From contig NC_043000.1 in assembly GCF_006345805.1 (NCBI RefSeq), positions 122,698,001 through 122,762,000 of the forward strand: a stretch of 64,000 nt of DNA, in the 5' to 3' direction. The position numbers and the translations under genes are program-made. The stretch comes from Octopus sinensis. Its lineage: Eukaryota. This document shows, piece after piece, positions 1 to 11,679 of the stretch (position 1 is its first letter; each line of letters opens with the position of its first letter). The notes under the pieces were generated by a model. That model saw only the letters and a program-made list of their open reading frames with translations, was not told the DNA's origin and did no database searches.

Positions 1-1769
1 TAAATAAATTTCCGTAATTGCGTCGCAAATCACTAAACAAAAGAACATTTTATGACAAGGATCGATATAAAATCTATTGACTTGACGTTGTCTGTGATCA
101 ATTATGTTTCCAAAGAATACAGAGTAAAAACTGAACATGCAATTTTCTGGACATTGATTGACCTACTGTATTGTGTTGTAATTGCCGTACGCCATCAGAT
201 AGATGTAACAGAAGTCGATCGAATTGATACCATAGAGTCAAATGGAATTACCTCTCTCCAAATACATTAACAGACTACGGTAAAGCAACGGACAATTAAA
301 TACTATCATTCGATGAATATTGAATAATTATACAGATTCTTGAAAATAGATAGGATCTGCCAACGATGAGCACTCGCCTGTAAAGTAATTGGCTATAAAA
401 CACTAACTATGAGCGAACAATCAAAAGGTTTATTGCTGTAAGAAATAACAAGACTAGAATTCTCAACTGAAAATTTGCATTTAATCCACAAGGTCTTTAT
501 CATAATGTGAAAGGCTGCGTCACCAAAATTATGAATACTCCGCCCCAAAATGAACTTGAATCATTCCGAGAGGAAGGTGAAATGTAAACAAACAGCAAAG
601 CTTCGATGCAGAATAGTTTTTAAAAGCTTCGGAGAAATTACTGTGCAAAAAGTTTCTCTAAAACGAATGACATCACCAGTGAAACTCACCTGACAGGTGA
701 GGCACAACTACTGCATTGAAAATAATGTTGGAAACACTGCACAGTATATTATTGATAACGGAAGCTCACATCTCATATCTAAACTCTCGTTAACCTATTC
801 AAAATAATTATGAATGCTGAACTTAATATGCCATACTCTTTGACATTTGCAGAGAAAAATTTTGGCCTAAGGACAAAGAGCTAAGTGTAACAAAATGCTT
901 CAGGCCAAAAGCATATTTAAATGTTATGAATAAATAGCACTCAAATTGCAAAACTCAATTTTTCCAAGGACGCAGCACAGCTAACGATGTGGGAACTATT
1001 AAAGAGGCAAGAGGAAAGAAAGAAAGACCGGGTTAAGTGGAACAGTTCCTCGTTAACACAGCTGTCCTCAAAGCAGTGAATCAATGTCGCTGAAATGTAT
1101 TAACTGTATAGCTAATATATAAGACGGTTAGCTTTGCCCCTCACTCAATGATAGACTTACTACAATGATCATTTTACCAAAGTTCACCTGCTATAGTCAA
1201 TGCCACTATATGTCTGACAACTGCATAGTGAGCAGAGATATTACTAAATCAATTATAATAGTCTCGAACAGTATTAATCTAACTGTGGAATATTCTTGAG
1301 TGATATCGTAAATTTAATCATGGTTGTCATAAAAGTGAACACATTTTTAGTTCTGCTGAAGAAATGTCAAATCGACAAGTTAGATTCTGAAGAAGAGAGA
1401 AAAATTTATGTCTTAGCCACCATTATGTCTATGAACTTCAAATAATACTCACGATACTAAGAAACAGTGCAAACTGGTAGGAAGAATGTAACCAGGCCAT
1501 AACAATGGAGTTTGTTCAGGATAAATGTTAATGTTTCATAGTCCATCGTCTAAAGATTGTTTACCAGACGACAAATATGGATATCACTTGCCTGTCTATC
1601 TCCTCTAACTACATGCACCTAGGAACTGAGAATATTGCATACGATGGTGCTGCGGGTTAGATTGACAAAAACTACGTCAGCAGATTTGGAAGGTATGGCA
1701 AGCAAAGTTCTCTGCATTTAATATAGCCGTGTTGCACAATGCTTTTGTAGCAGCAGTATTAAGGCTGAC

Positions 1770-2003
1770 TATGGGGGCGAGCTGGCAGAAGCGTTAGCAC
1801 GCCGGGCGAAATGCTAAGCGGTATTTCCTCTGCCGTTACGTTCTGAGTTCAAATTCAGCCTAGGTCGACTTTGCCTTTCATCCTTTCGGGGTCGATAAAT
1901 TAAGTACCAGTTACGCACTGGGGTTGATATAATCGACTTAACCCGTCTGTCTGTCCCTGTTTGTCTCCTCTGTGTTTGGCCTCTTGTGGGTAGTAAAGAA
2001 ATA
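1770..2003 (+). mobile_element. tRNA-derived SINE family A, full-length monomer
   Basis: A-box-like TGGCAGAAGCGTTAG, B-box-like GAGTTCAAATTC, core GTCGACTTTGCCTTTCATCCTTTCGGGGTCGATAAA, tail ...GTAGTAAAGAAATA. Perfect 15-bp TSD AGTATTAAGGCTGAC at 1755-1769 and 2004-2018. Confidence 0.9.
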
Positions 2004-2456
2004 AGTATTAAGGCTGACCTCTCGGAAGCTAACCTGAACATTTAAAGAGATCGGGAACTTGGACAGAAATATAAGGAAGATAATAATAATGATTGATAAT
2101 ATCCACAGAGATAATCTTTTAGACGGAGGAATGGAATCAGAGCCATTAGATCTATTCAAACATCTATTCAGAGCCTCAGCATATCACTAGACAACAACTT
2201 ACTGAACGGTAAAGAAGAAAATTAATGCATCACTGATGTACTCGTCAGTAAAAAAAAACAAAAAAAAACATTAATACTAACAGTATAAAGATTAAGATCC
2301 TGGCAGCAGGTGAGGAACTTCTGAATAGTTACTCAAGGCCTACGATAGGTTCGTGTGAACGAAGAATAACCATCAAACTTGGAGGAAAACATTCATTATA
2401 TAAAATTTATGAAAATTATGTATAAGTACATATCCTGCCTGCTGGAGGATTCCAGC

Positions 2457-2857
2457 AATATTATTTTCTACTCTAGGCACAAACCCAAAATTTTGGGGGA
2501 GGAGGCCAGTCGATTAGATCGACCCCAGTACGTAACTGGTACTTAATTTATCGACCATGGAAGGATGAAAGGCAAAGTCGGCCTCGGCGGAATTTCAACT
2601 CAGAAAGTAAACCGACGAAATACCTATTTCTTTACTACCCACAAGGGGCTAAACACAGAGAGGACAAACAAGGACAGACAAACGGATTATGTCGATTACA
2701 TCGACCCCAGAGCGTAACTGGTACTTAATTTATCGACCCCGAAAGGATGAAAGGTAAAGTCGACCTCGGCGGAATTTGAACTCAGAACGTAACGGCAGAC
2801 GAAATACCGCTCAGCATTTCGCCCGTCGTGCTAACGTTTCTGCCAGCTCGCCGCCTT
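2457..2857 (-). mobile_element. SINE dimer: family A unit fused to headless family B unit
   Basis: One tRNA head, two cores. Junction GAAATACCTATTTC at 2617-2630. Second unit carries the B tail (CCCCAAAATTT...GTGCCTAGAGTAGAAAATAAT on minus). Confidence 0.85.
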
Positions 2858-3271
2858 AGGATACGAACAATATTGAGAGGAAGAGTACTCTTTCCTGGAT
2901 TCGTGTTGGATCTAAGACATCCAACCTAAAACAAATATATACTTTTATCATACAGAAATAAGAAGTGGGTAATAAATATCTGACCAGTGACAGATTTGAC
3001 AGTGTTTGTATACCTCCGGTTTTTAATATGCTATGTCGCTTGAGTCGTACCAGTGTGGGAGATATCAGCCTCCTTATATATCCGCAAAGATTAATTTCCC
3101 ATGGGACATAATCTTGTTCCAGAAGCAATATTACAATGTTATCCGCAGAAAAGATTCTTCACTTAGTCATGCGAAAGGCGCATCAGAATTAAAAGCTTAA
3201 AAAATTCAGGAGAGACATTTCGATAAAAACAACAATCTGATGAAAATACAGAAGACCTGATATTACTCAAT

Positions 3272-3489
3272 GGGGGCTGGCAGAATTGTTAGTACCCCGG
3301 GTAAAATGTCTAGCGGCATTTCGTTCGTCTTTACGTCCTGTGTTCAAATTCCGATGAGATCGACGTTGTCTTTCATCCTTTCGTGGTCGATAAAATAATA
3401 CCCGTTACATACTGGGAGTGACCTAATTGACTAGACCCCTCCGGCTTCCCAAAATTTCAGGCCGTGTTTCTATTCTAGAAAGGATTCTT
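3272..3489 (+). mobile_element. SINE family B (same head and core as A, different tail), diverged
   Basis: GGCTGGCAGAATTGTTAG head, TTTCATCCTTTCGTGGTCGATAAAAT core, CCCAAAATTTCAGGCC...TAGAAAGGATT tail. Confidence 0.8.
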
Positions 3490-3740
3490 CAATGGGAAAA
3501 TGGTAAAATGTCATGAACACTTGTAGAGATCAACTTCCCATTAAATATGAGTGTTTCATTTAAAGAGACGGCAATAGAAACACCTTTGACAAATTACTGA
3601 GAAAAGTGCAGTTGTATCTTGACAATATACCCTCGTTGGCGCGTATCGCCCGACATGCATGGGGTTACATATCGTGATTTATATAAAACTTGGAACAGCT
3701 CTGTTTCTTCCAAGATAGAACAAAGCAAATTGGCTCGCAT

Positions 3741-4120
3741 CCTCAGTACCCATTCTATTGCAACTGGTACTTAATTTATCGACCCCGAAAGAATGAAAAG
3801 CAAAGTCGATCTCGACTGAATTTGAACTCAAAACACAAAGACAGATGAAATACCGCTAAGCATTTTACCCGGCGCGCTAACGTTTCTTATTTCTTCAGTA
3901 CCCACAGGGGGCTAAACACAGAGAGGACAAACAAGGACAGACAAACAGATTAAGTCGATTATATCGACCCCAGTGCGTAACTGATACTTATTTAATCGAT
4001 CCCGAGAAGATGAAAAGCAAAGTCGACCTCGGCGGAATTTGAACTCACAACGTAACGGCAGACGAAATACGGCTACACACTTCGCCCGGCGTGCTAACGT
4101 TTCTGCCAGCTCGCCGCCTT
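3741..4120 (-). mobile_element. SINE A (3888-4120) joined to an older A/B-type unit inside that unit's A-box region
   Basis: On minus, A tail AAGAAATA is followed by AGAAACGTTAGCGCGCCGGG; junction 3887/3888 differs from the standard dimer junction. Confidence 0.8.
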
Positions 4121-4622
4121 CAGCGTATTGAATTCTAACATCTCCACTAAGTATCCACAGTCCGACTTGAACCAAGGAATTCATGCAAATGGTGTATTTT
4201 TTCCTATTCGGGGCTTATACTGCTAATATCGTTCGCATTTACCAAATATATACCGTTTGGTGTACTATGTCAGTGAGAAACTACAGAAAATACTGCATAA
4301 AACTGAAATATCCCTTATCTAATTGTTTAAATAGTTTTATTTGATTAGAAACAACATAATTTAAGAATATTTTGCAGCATTGGCGCGCTGGCGTAATAAA
4401 TTAGAAATATTATAGACAATAATATTGATGTCTCACTTTGGCACAGACCACAAAATGCTGATGAGGAATATCGTCAATTGAAACTACTCGTATATTTCCA
4501 CGATGTTTATCTTGTTGGCATTTGAACTCAAAACAAAGAACGAAACTTGTAATTAATTAGTGCAACTCAATTAATCTAGCACTGTACTGTTTCTGCTATT
4601 CTTCGGTACATTAGTGCAGTAC

Positions 4623-4685
<63 letters not shown>

Positions 4686-4821
4686 TAATAATAATAATTA
4701 ATAATAATAATAATAAATATTAATAATGATAATAAATAATAATTAATAATAATAATAATAAATAATAATTAATAATAATAATGATGATAATGATAATATA
4801 ATAATAATAATAATGATAATA

Positions 4822-4853
<32 letters not shown>

Positions 4854-4870
4854 TTAATAATAATATAATA

Positions 4871-4919
<49 letters not shown>
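4623..4919 (+). repeat. Imperfect (AAT)n microsatellite, left end of the compound nest
   Basis: Direct reading. Confidence 0.95.
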
Positions 4920-4922
<3 letters not shown>

Positions 4923-5029
4923 GCATGTGTCTGGTGTACAATTATAATACGGGTAGTCAAGATAAGTATACTGGGCTTCGTATATTTTACCCCGGTGTCA
5001 CTTTGATGGCATTCTCTGCACTCTCACTC
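4920..5029 (+). mobile_element. Family D element, 5'-truncated copy (110 bp) in (AAT)n
   Basis: Aligns with the last ~110 bp of 5110-5672 (GGGCTTCGTATATTTTACCCC(G/A)GTGTCACTTTGATGGCAT...CTCTCACTC); followed by (AAT)n. Confidence 0.8.
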
Positions 5030-5033
5030 AATG

Positions 5034-5103
<70 letters not shown>

Positions 5104-5109
5104 TGATGA

Positions 5110-5672
5110 TAAATGCCCTGATGAAGTACCAGACAGTGGCTCTCATGGCTTCTGATCTTAACTGATTGGAAGTGTTAGCATTTACATTGTTTTATCTTGG
5201 TATAAAAGATGGGCTACAGCAAATATTCTGCTCAATAACACAAATTTGCTTGTCAGTTGTTTGACCATAACCGGTTGAGCATGTCGCTTAGTGGCTGACG
5301 GTATGTGCATCTCTGATCACAAGCGGAAATAGTGGGGGAGCGTCATAACCGTGTGTTGAAAGGAATTCTTAGATAGAGGTTTGGATAATTCACCTTTGGA
5401 AACATGGGTGTTTCGTTCAACATCCTTAAACAATCCTTATTCAGGGACCTTTTGAGTGGGATGGGCTACTCAACCAGAAGAAAATTCTAACTGGGCCCCA
5501 CCTGCAAGGACATACGCTGTTTATCTTGATATGAGATCATCATGTTGCGCACATATGGTTGTGATGCATGTGCCTGGTGTACCCTTATCAGACGGGTAGT
5601 AATGATGGGTATACAGGGCTTCGTATATTTTACCCCAGTGTCACTTTGATGGCATGCACTGCTCTCTCACTC
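5110..5672 (+). mobile_element. Family D ORF-less element (~560 bp) in (AAT)n
   Basis: Complex sequence bounded by AAT-type repeats on both sides, same 3' end as 4920-5029, no coding signal or pol III boxes seen. Confidence 0.7.
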
Positions 5673-5702
5673 AATGATAATGATATGAATAATAACAATA
5701 AT

Positions 5703-5793
5703 ACACACAAATATAAGAGGTGTTACTTTAGTTCACTGGTAGTGAACAGCTGATTCCGCAGTACATCTCCAGCGTTAGAAGTTGTGCAAAGGC
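5703..5793 (+). mobile_element. 91-bp mini-element K, copy 1
   Basis: ACACACAAA...GAGGTGTTAC...GTTCACTGGTAGTGAAC...GTGCAAAGGC then (AAT)n; three more copies at 10280, 10448 and 10619. Confidence 0.8.
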
Positions 5794-5809
5794 AATAATA
5801 ATAATAATG

Positions 5810-5874
<65 letters not shown>

Positions 5875-5933
5875 AAGAAGAAGAAGAAGAAGAAGAAGAA
5901 GAAGAAGAAGAAGAAGAAGAAGAAGAAGAAGAA
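5794..5933 (+). repeat. (AAT)n followed by pure (GAA)~29
   Basis: Direct reading; switch at ~5847. Confidence 0.95.
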
Positions 5934-6153
5934 CACCGGGGGACGTTTAAAATGTAAGAAGGATAAAATAGAGCTCCGAAATCTATCCACAAACATCGAA
6001 AACAAGGACATCGTATGAAGCCAAAGATTTACTAGCAAAGGATTGGACTGTATTCCAGTAAGTAATACTAATTGAAATTTATTACTATTTTCGAAACGAA
6101 ATGATGTATTTTGACTCGATATCATCTCTACCTCTAACACAACACGTGTAAAC

Positions 6154-7624
6154 ATGCGTGATACATTACGATCCATCAACACCAGATCATCCCCGACCCC
6201 AAACACCATGTACAAAGGAACTACGAAGAAATTAAATACCACCGATATTATTCAACCCAAGAATAACAATCGGGAGGCAGGTACTTTAAACTTACAACAC
6301 AAAATGTACGAAGAACTACACGTGCAAAACAATGTGACAACAGAAATGAACGGACCGGTACCCTACGAAAATGACGACCGTCAAAATAATGGGCCGGACG
6401 TTGTTCCTCATGTCCCGCAAATAAAACCCAAGAGACATAAATGGACACGTGAGGAATACATTTCTATCCTACACGCATACTTCACAGCAGTGCTCTACCT
6501 AAAAAATGAAAACACAACAACACATACATATAAAACACGGAAGGAAAATAACATAAATATAGACTTGGATACAGCAATGAACCCTAATAAATTAGCTAAC
6601 GTACGAAGAGACGTTCTCAACGCAAAAAAATATATCAGAAATAGAAATAGAACATCTAAAAGAAAAAATACACCAGGAAAATGTAGATAGAAGCCACACA
6701 ACAATGCCCAATAATATAAACACTGAAACAGTAAAACACGAAGACAAACGTAACATTCCCAACAAACACAATGTAAACAAAAAACAACAAACCCAGACCG
6801 TAAGGATGCATAATAATACACGACAAACAGCAAGCCAAAACACGGCAAACAAATATATAAATAAGAAAGAAAGCGACACAAAGCTAAAACCTAGAGACAA
6901 CAAAGGGGAGCCTAATGATTATGATAATATAAAAAGTAAAATAATCAAAGAACTGAAAACCACAGAGCTCAAAATAGACCACCGACCATACCACCCAAAA
7001 ATCAGAATAGACGAAACAACAACACCAATTATAAACAGCATAAACCTAGCCGTCACTGAACTAATAGCCACTGAAACAAAAAGCGATATCACTGAGCTAA
7101 ATGACTTAGTATACGCAGCAGCCACTGCAGCCACAAAAGAAGCTGGATACTCACTCAAACCTATCCAAACAGGAGTACCACCACCCAAACAAACCTTGTG
7201 GATAAATAACATCCAAAACAAAATACAAAAAATGAGAAAAGATCTGTCGATTCTTAATGAAATCAGTAGACAATCAACGCTACTGAGCAACAAAAAGAAA
7301 ACAAAAATACTCCGCAAATATACCATCACAGAAAAAGATTTACCTGAGATAAAAGAAAAGCTGAAGCAAGATATCCTTGCTAAAGCACAAAGGATCCGCC
7401 GGTACGAGAAACGCCAGCGCTTCTTTGAACAAAACAAACAGTTCAACTCCAACCCCAAAAAGTTCTACCAAGAACTTGGCAAAAATAAAATAGAAATCAC
7501 CGCAGCACTAACGGCAGAAGAAGTGGAAGAATTCTGGAGAGAAATATGGTCGGCGAACGAACAACCAAAAAAAGGAGTATTAAAACAACAAACTCAGCAT
7601 CTGAGCAACTTTGGATCCCCATAA
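6154..7624 (+). pseudogene. N-terminal region of the Dong-like ORF (two frameshifted pieces, 6154-6690 and 6704-7624)
   Basis: KWTREEYISILHAY (Myb-like, typical of R4-clade N-termini); ELNDLVYAAA and AKAQRIRRYEKRQRFFEQNKQF..NPKKFYQEL (conserved pre-RT block). Confidence 0.8.
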
Positions 7625-8718
7625 CAACTGAAGAGGTCACCCAGGCACTGCAAAGACTAAGCAACTGGAAGGCACATGGGCATGACAAGATCCCCAACTT
7701 CTGGTTGAAATATCTAACAGGAATGCACAAAAAGCTGGCTGAAAACTTTAACAACATACTAGCAGAGCCAGAGACAATGCCTGAATGGCTCACGAAGGGG
7801 AAAACTATCTTAATTCCCAAATCAAATGAGACAGCAAAACCAGAAAACTACAGACCAATAACCTGTCTCCCTACAATGTACAAGGCATTTACTGCAGTGA
7901 TATCGCAAAGGTTGAACAAGCACCTGGACGAAAACAACCTGTTTCCAGAAGAGCAGAAAGGATGCCGCAAAGGCTCATATGGCTGTAAAGATCAACTAAT
8001 GATTAATAAAGCCGTAACTGGAGACAGCCACAGAAAGAAGAAAGGCCTCAGTATGGCCTGGATCGACTACAAAAAGGCGTTTGATAGCATCCCCCACACA
8101 TGGATCCTCGAAACACTAGCCATTAACAAAGTAGCACCAACAATTATAAAATTCATAGGGCACTCTATGAATAAATGGCAAACAGTGCTACAGCTCCAAA
8201 CAAAAAAGGGACTCATGAAAACCAAAGCCATCCCCATTAGGAGAGGAATATTCCAGGGAGACACGCTCTCTCCACTCCTTTTCTGCTTGGCACTGTCACC
8301 TCTATCTGATATGCTAAATAGAACTGGATGCGGATATAAATGTTACGGCAAAACGATCAGCCACCTTTTATATATGGATGACCTAAAACTATACGCTGCA
8401 AATGACAAACAGCTGGAAACACTATTAAAGACAGTTCATGGATTTACCAAAGAAATAGATATGAAATTTGGATTAGAAAAATGCGCCAAAGTAACCATGA
8501 AAAGAGGAAAACTAGTTAAGAGTAGCAACATCACACTAGATAAAACCAATGAAATAAAAGAATTAGACCAAAGCCAAACTTACAAATACTTAGGAATCCA
8601 TGAACTAGATAAGACACAACACACACAAATGAAAGAGAAAATAAAAAAAGAATATTATAGACGAGTTAGATCAATACTAAAAACAGAGCTGAATGCTAAA
8701 AACAAGATAACACTTTAG
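7546..8718 (+). pseudogene. Reverse transcriptase domain of the Dong-like LINE
   Basis: YRPITCLPTMYK, EEQKGCR, WIDYKKAFDSIPH, GIFQGDTLSPLLF, LLYMDDLKLYA, FGLEKC, YKYLG. Confidence 0.95.
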
Positions 8719-9320
8719 CTGTCCCAGTTATAAGTTACAGCTACAATATCCTTAACTGGACACTAAATGAACTGACCAAAATAGATAGGAAAACAAGAAA
8801 AATAATGACAGGATCTAGGATGCATCACCAAAAATCTCACATAGAAAGACTATATATACAACGTATAGAAGGTGGTAGAGGCCTTATACAGCTGGAAAAC
8901 TACTATAAAATAACCACGATAGGACTGCAAAAATATCTACTTCAGAAGGAAGGAAAACTGATACAAATAGCGGCAAAACACGAGCAAAACAGTATTTAAG
9001 GAAGCTGAAAAATACAAACAAGAAATCATACCACCTAATAAACATGAAGAAGAAGAAGAAGAAGAAGAAGAAGAAGAAGAAGAAGAAGAAGAAGAAGAAG
9101 AAGAAGAAGAAGAAGAAGAAGAAGAAGAAGAAGAAGAAGAAGAAGAAGAACAAGAAGAACAAGAAGAAGAAGAAACAACAAAAGCTATAAGACAAATGAA
9201 ATCCAAACTAAAAATAGAACAGCAAGAAAAGCCCCTTCATGGCAAGAAAAGCCCCTTCATGGCAAATACTGGACTAAACTAAATGCAAAAGAAATAGACA
9301 AAGAAAAATCCCAGCAATGG

Positions 9321-9908
9321 TTGAGAAGCTCAGGACTCAAAGCAGAGTCAGAGGGATTTTTAATTGCAGCACAAGACCAAAGCCTCCCCACCAGAAATTA
9401 CCAAAAACATGTAATGAAAAGAAATATAACAAGTAACTGCAGAATATGTGGAGATGGACAAGAAACAATAAATCATATTATCTCTGGCTGCCCAGTCCTG
9501 GCTAAGAAGGAATATATTCACAGACATGACAGAGTTGGAACCTACATACATTGGAAGCTATGCCAACATTATGGAATAACAACAGAAAAAAGATGGTATA
9601 GGCACACACCAGAAAAGGTCACAGAAAACGAGAAAGCAACCATACTCTGGAATATGCCGATACACACAGATAGAGAAATTAAGGCCAACAGACCAGATAT
9701 AGTCAGAGATCATGAAGGAAAAAAATGCTTTCTAATTGATGTATCAATACCGGCAGATGACAACGTGTCTCTAAAAGAAATGGAGAAACTCTCAATATAC
9801 AAAGACCTGGAAATAGAGGTAACCAGAATGTGGAATCTAAAAACAGAAACAATTCCTATCATAGTAGGTGCATTAGGCATGATAAAAAATATTCAGACAA
9901 ATACATAA
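9321..9908 (+). pseudogene. CCHC zinc knuckle and RLE endonuclease of the Dong-like LINE
   Basis: CRIC...ETINHIISGC, RHDRV, RPDIV...LIDVSIP, EK..YKDL, PIIVGALG. Confidence 0.93.
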
Positions 9909-10103
9909 CAAAAACACCAGGACTTACAAACACATATAACATACAGAAAATTGCACTACTAGGCACTGCACACATCCTACGCAGAACACTTTCCATACAA
10001 TAACCAGCAGAGCATCACAACAAATCACAGCACATACCTAAGGCACACAGAGCTGCGCTCTGTAGTGAAGTGAAAGCACGCTATAAAAATAAAACTACTG
10101 AAA

Positions 10104-10144
<41 letters not shown>

Positions 10145-10224
10145 TAATAATAATAATAATATAATAATAATAATAATAATAAATATAAATAATATTAATA
10201 ATATAATAATATAATAATATAATA

Positions 10225-10267
<43 letters not shown>

Positions 10268-10279
10268 TATACTAATAAT

Positions 10280-10562
10280 ACACACAAAAATATGAGGTGT
10301 TACTCTAGTTCAATGGTAGTGAACAGCTGACACTGCAGTACATCTCCAGCGTTAGAAGCTGTGCAAATGCAATAATGATAATAATAATAATAACAATAAT
10401 AATAATAATAATAATATAATAATAATAATAATAACTATACTAATAATACACACAAAAATATGAGGTGTTACTCTAGTTCAATGGTAGTGAACAGCTGACA
10501 CTGCAGTACATCTCCAGCGTTAGAAGCTGTGCAAATGCAATAATGATAATAATAATAATAAC

Positions 10563-10596
<34 letters not shown>

Positions 10597-10709
10597 TAAT
10601 AATAATAATAATAATAATACACACAAAAATATGAGGTGTTACTCTAGTTCACTGGTAGGGAACAGCTGACACCGCAGTACATCTCCAACGTTAGAAGTTG
10701 TGCAAAGGC
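10280..10709 (+). mobile_element. Three further 91-bp K copies (10280-10370, 10448-10538, 10619-10709) separated by (AAT)n
   Basis: Same start and end as copy 1. Copies 2 and 3 look identical including flanks; copy 4 differs from them at about 6 sites. Confidence 0.85.
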
Positions 10710-10834
10710 AAGAGGAAGAAGAAGAAGAAGAAGAAGAAGAAGAAGAAGAAGAAGAAGAAGAAGAAGAAGAAGAAGAAGAAGAAGAAGAAGAAGAAGAAGA
10801 AGAAGAAGAAGAAGAAGAAGAAGAAGAAGAAGAA
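10710..10834 (+). repeat. Pure (GAA)~40 tract closing the nest
   Basis: Direct reading. Confidence 0.95.
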
Positions 10835-10835
10835 A

Positions 10836-11040
10836 AATTTTCTTGGGACAAGGCCCGTAATTTCGGAGTGGGGAGTCGATTGTTTGACTGGTATATTATT
10901 TTATAGTGTATCGTCCGTCCACGGTTCAAAGAAAGTTAAAGTTAACCCTTATAAGGATTTGAACACAGAAAACGGAAAAGACGAGTAACTGAATAAGGGA
11001 AGACATTTAGTCCATTACTTTAACGATTTTGCCACTAAGT
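10836..11040 (-). mobile_element. Old family B SINE whose tail faces the microsatellite nest
   Basis: ACAAGGCCCGTAATTTCGG...AGTCGATT tail, GGATTTGAACACAGAA B-box remnant, TAACGATTTTGCCA A-box remnant. Confidence 0.6.
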
Positions 11041-11454
11041 TTTCCGTGCGGTTTTTAGTGATCGCATCAGGAAATTATATAAGCATAGCAACAGAGAATG
11101 GTAATTACTAAAATAGACGTACAGAAATATGGATGCAGAAATACTAACGTTGGTAGATATTTAGGAAAATATTAGTGAAAGCAATTGCACGAAATAGCCG
11201 CAGTGTTGTTGTAAGATTATCCGAAGCTACAACGCTCCTGACATTTGCACTAAGCAGAAACTTCCTAACAACAATAACAACACGAACATTGATGACTATG
11301 TCGATAATAACAACAACAACAACAGCAGCAAGAAATACTACTAATACTACTAATATAGCAAAGAACAGGACTTGAGGAAGTCATGTTGTTACATTACTTT
11401 AATGGAACTATTTGTAAAACACAACGTTCATTAATATCTTCTCGTATATATTGC

Positions 11455-11648
11455 GTGTTGGCGTGTGTGTATGTGTGAGGCTGTGTGTGTGTGTGTGTCC
11501 ATGTGTGTGCATCCATGTGCGTGCGTGCGTGTGTTAGTATATCTGTGTGTTTCAGTGTGGGCGGGAGGGCGGGTGCGTTTTAGAGGCAAATAAATTACTC
11601 TATAAGCTGAAATATACGTGTGAATGTATGTGTATATGTGTATATATG

Positions 11649-11679
<31 letters not shown>

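Larger units (their letters stand above)
600..3700 (+). pseudogene. Very old, fragmented CR1/L2-like LINE ORF2 relic interrupted by SINEs
   Basis: Short peptide echoes in the expected order and roughly expected spacing: LPDDKYGY (~1565), AYD (~1640), LEY-x-x-x-VW-like (~3045), FDKLL (~3585). No continuous ORF; boundaries are guesses. Confidence 0.3.
5934..10100 (+). mobile_element. Near full-length R4/Dong-clade non-LTR retrotransposon (RT + zinc knuckle + restriction-like endonuclease), inactivated
   Basis: N-terminal RHKWTREEY motif, RT with YMDDLKLY, CCHC knuckle, RPD/LIDVSIP/EK..YKDL endonuclease motifs, terminal KIALLGTAHILRRTLSIQ* (~9948-10002), ~100 bp 3'UTR running directly into (AAT)n. 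ORF broken into at least five pieces. Confidence 0.92.

Noticed and set aside
5115-5150. CTGATGA at the start of family D as a hammerhead core
   Set aside because: No stem II or GAAA downstream.
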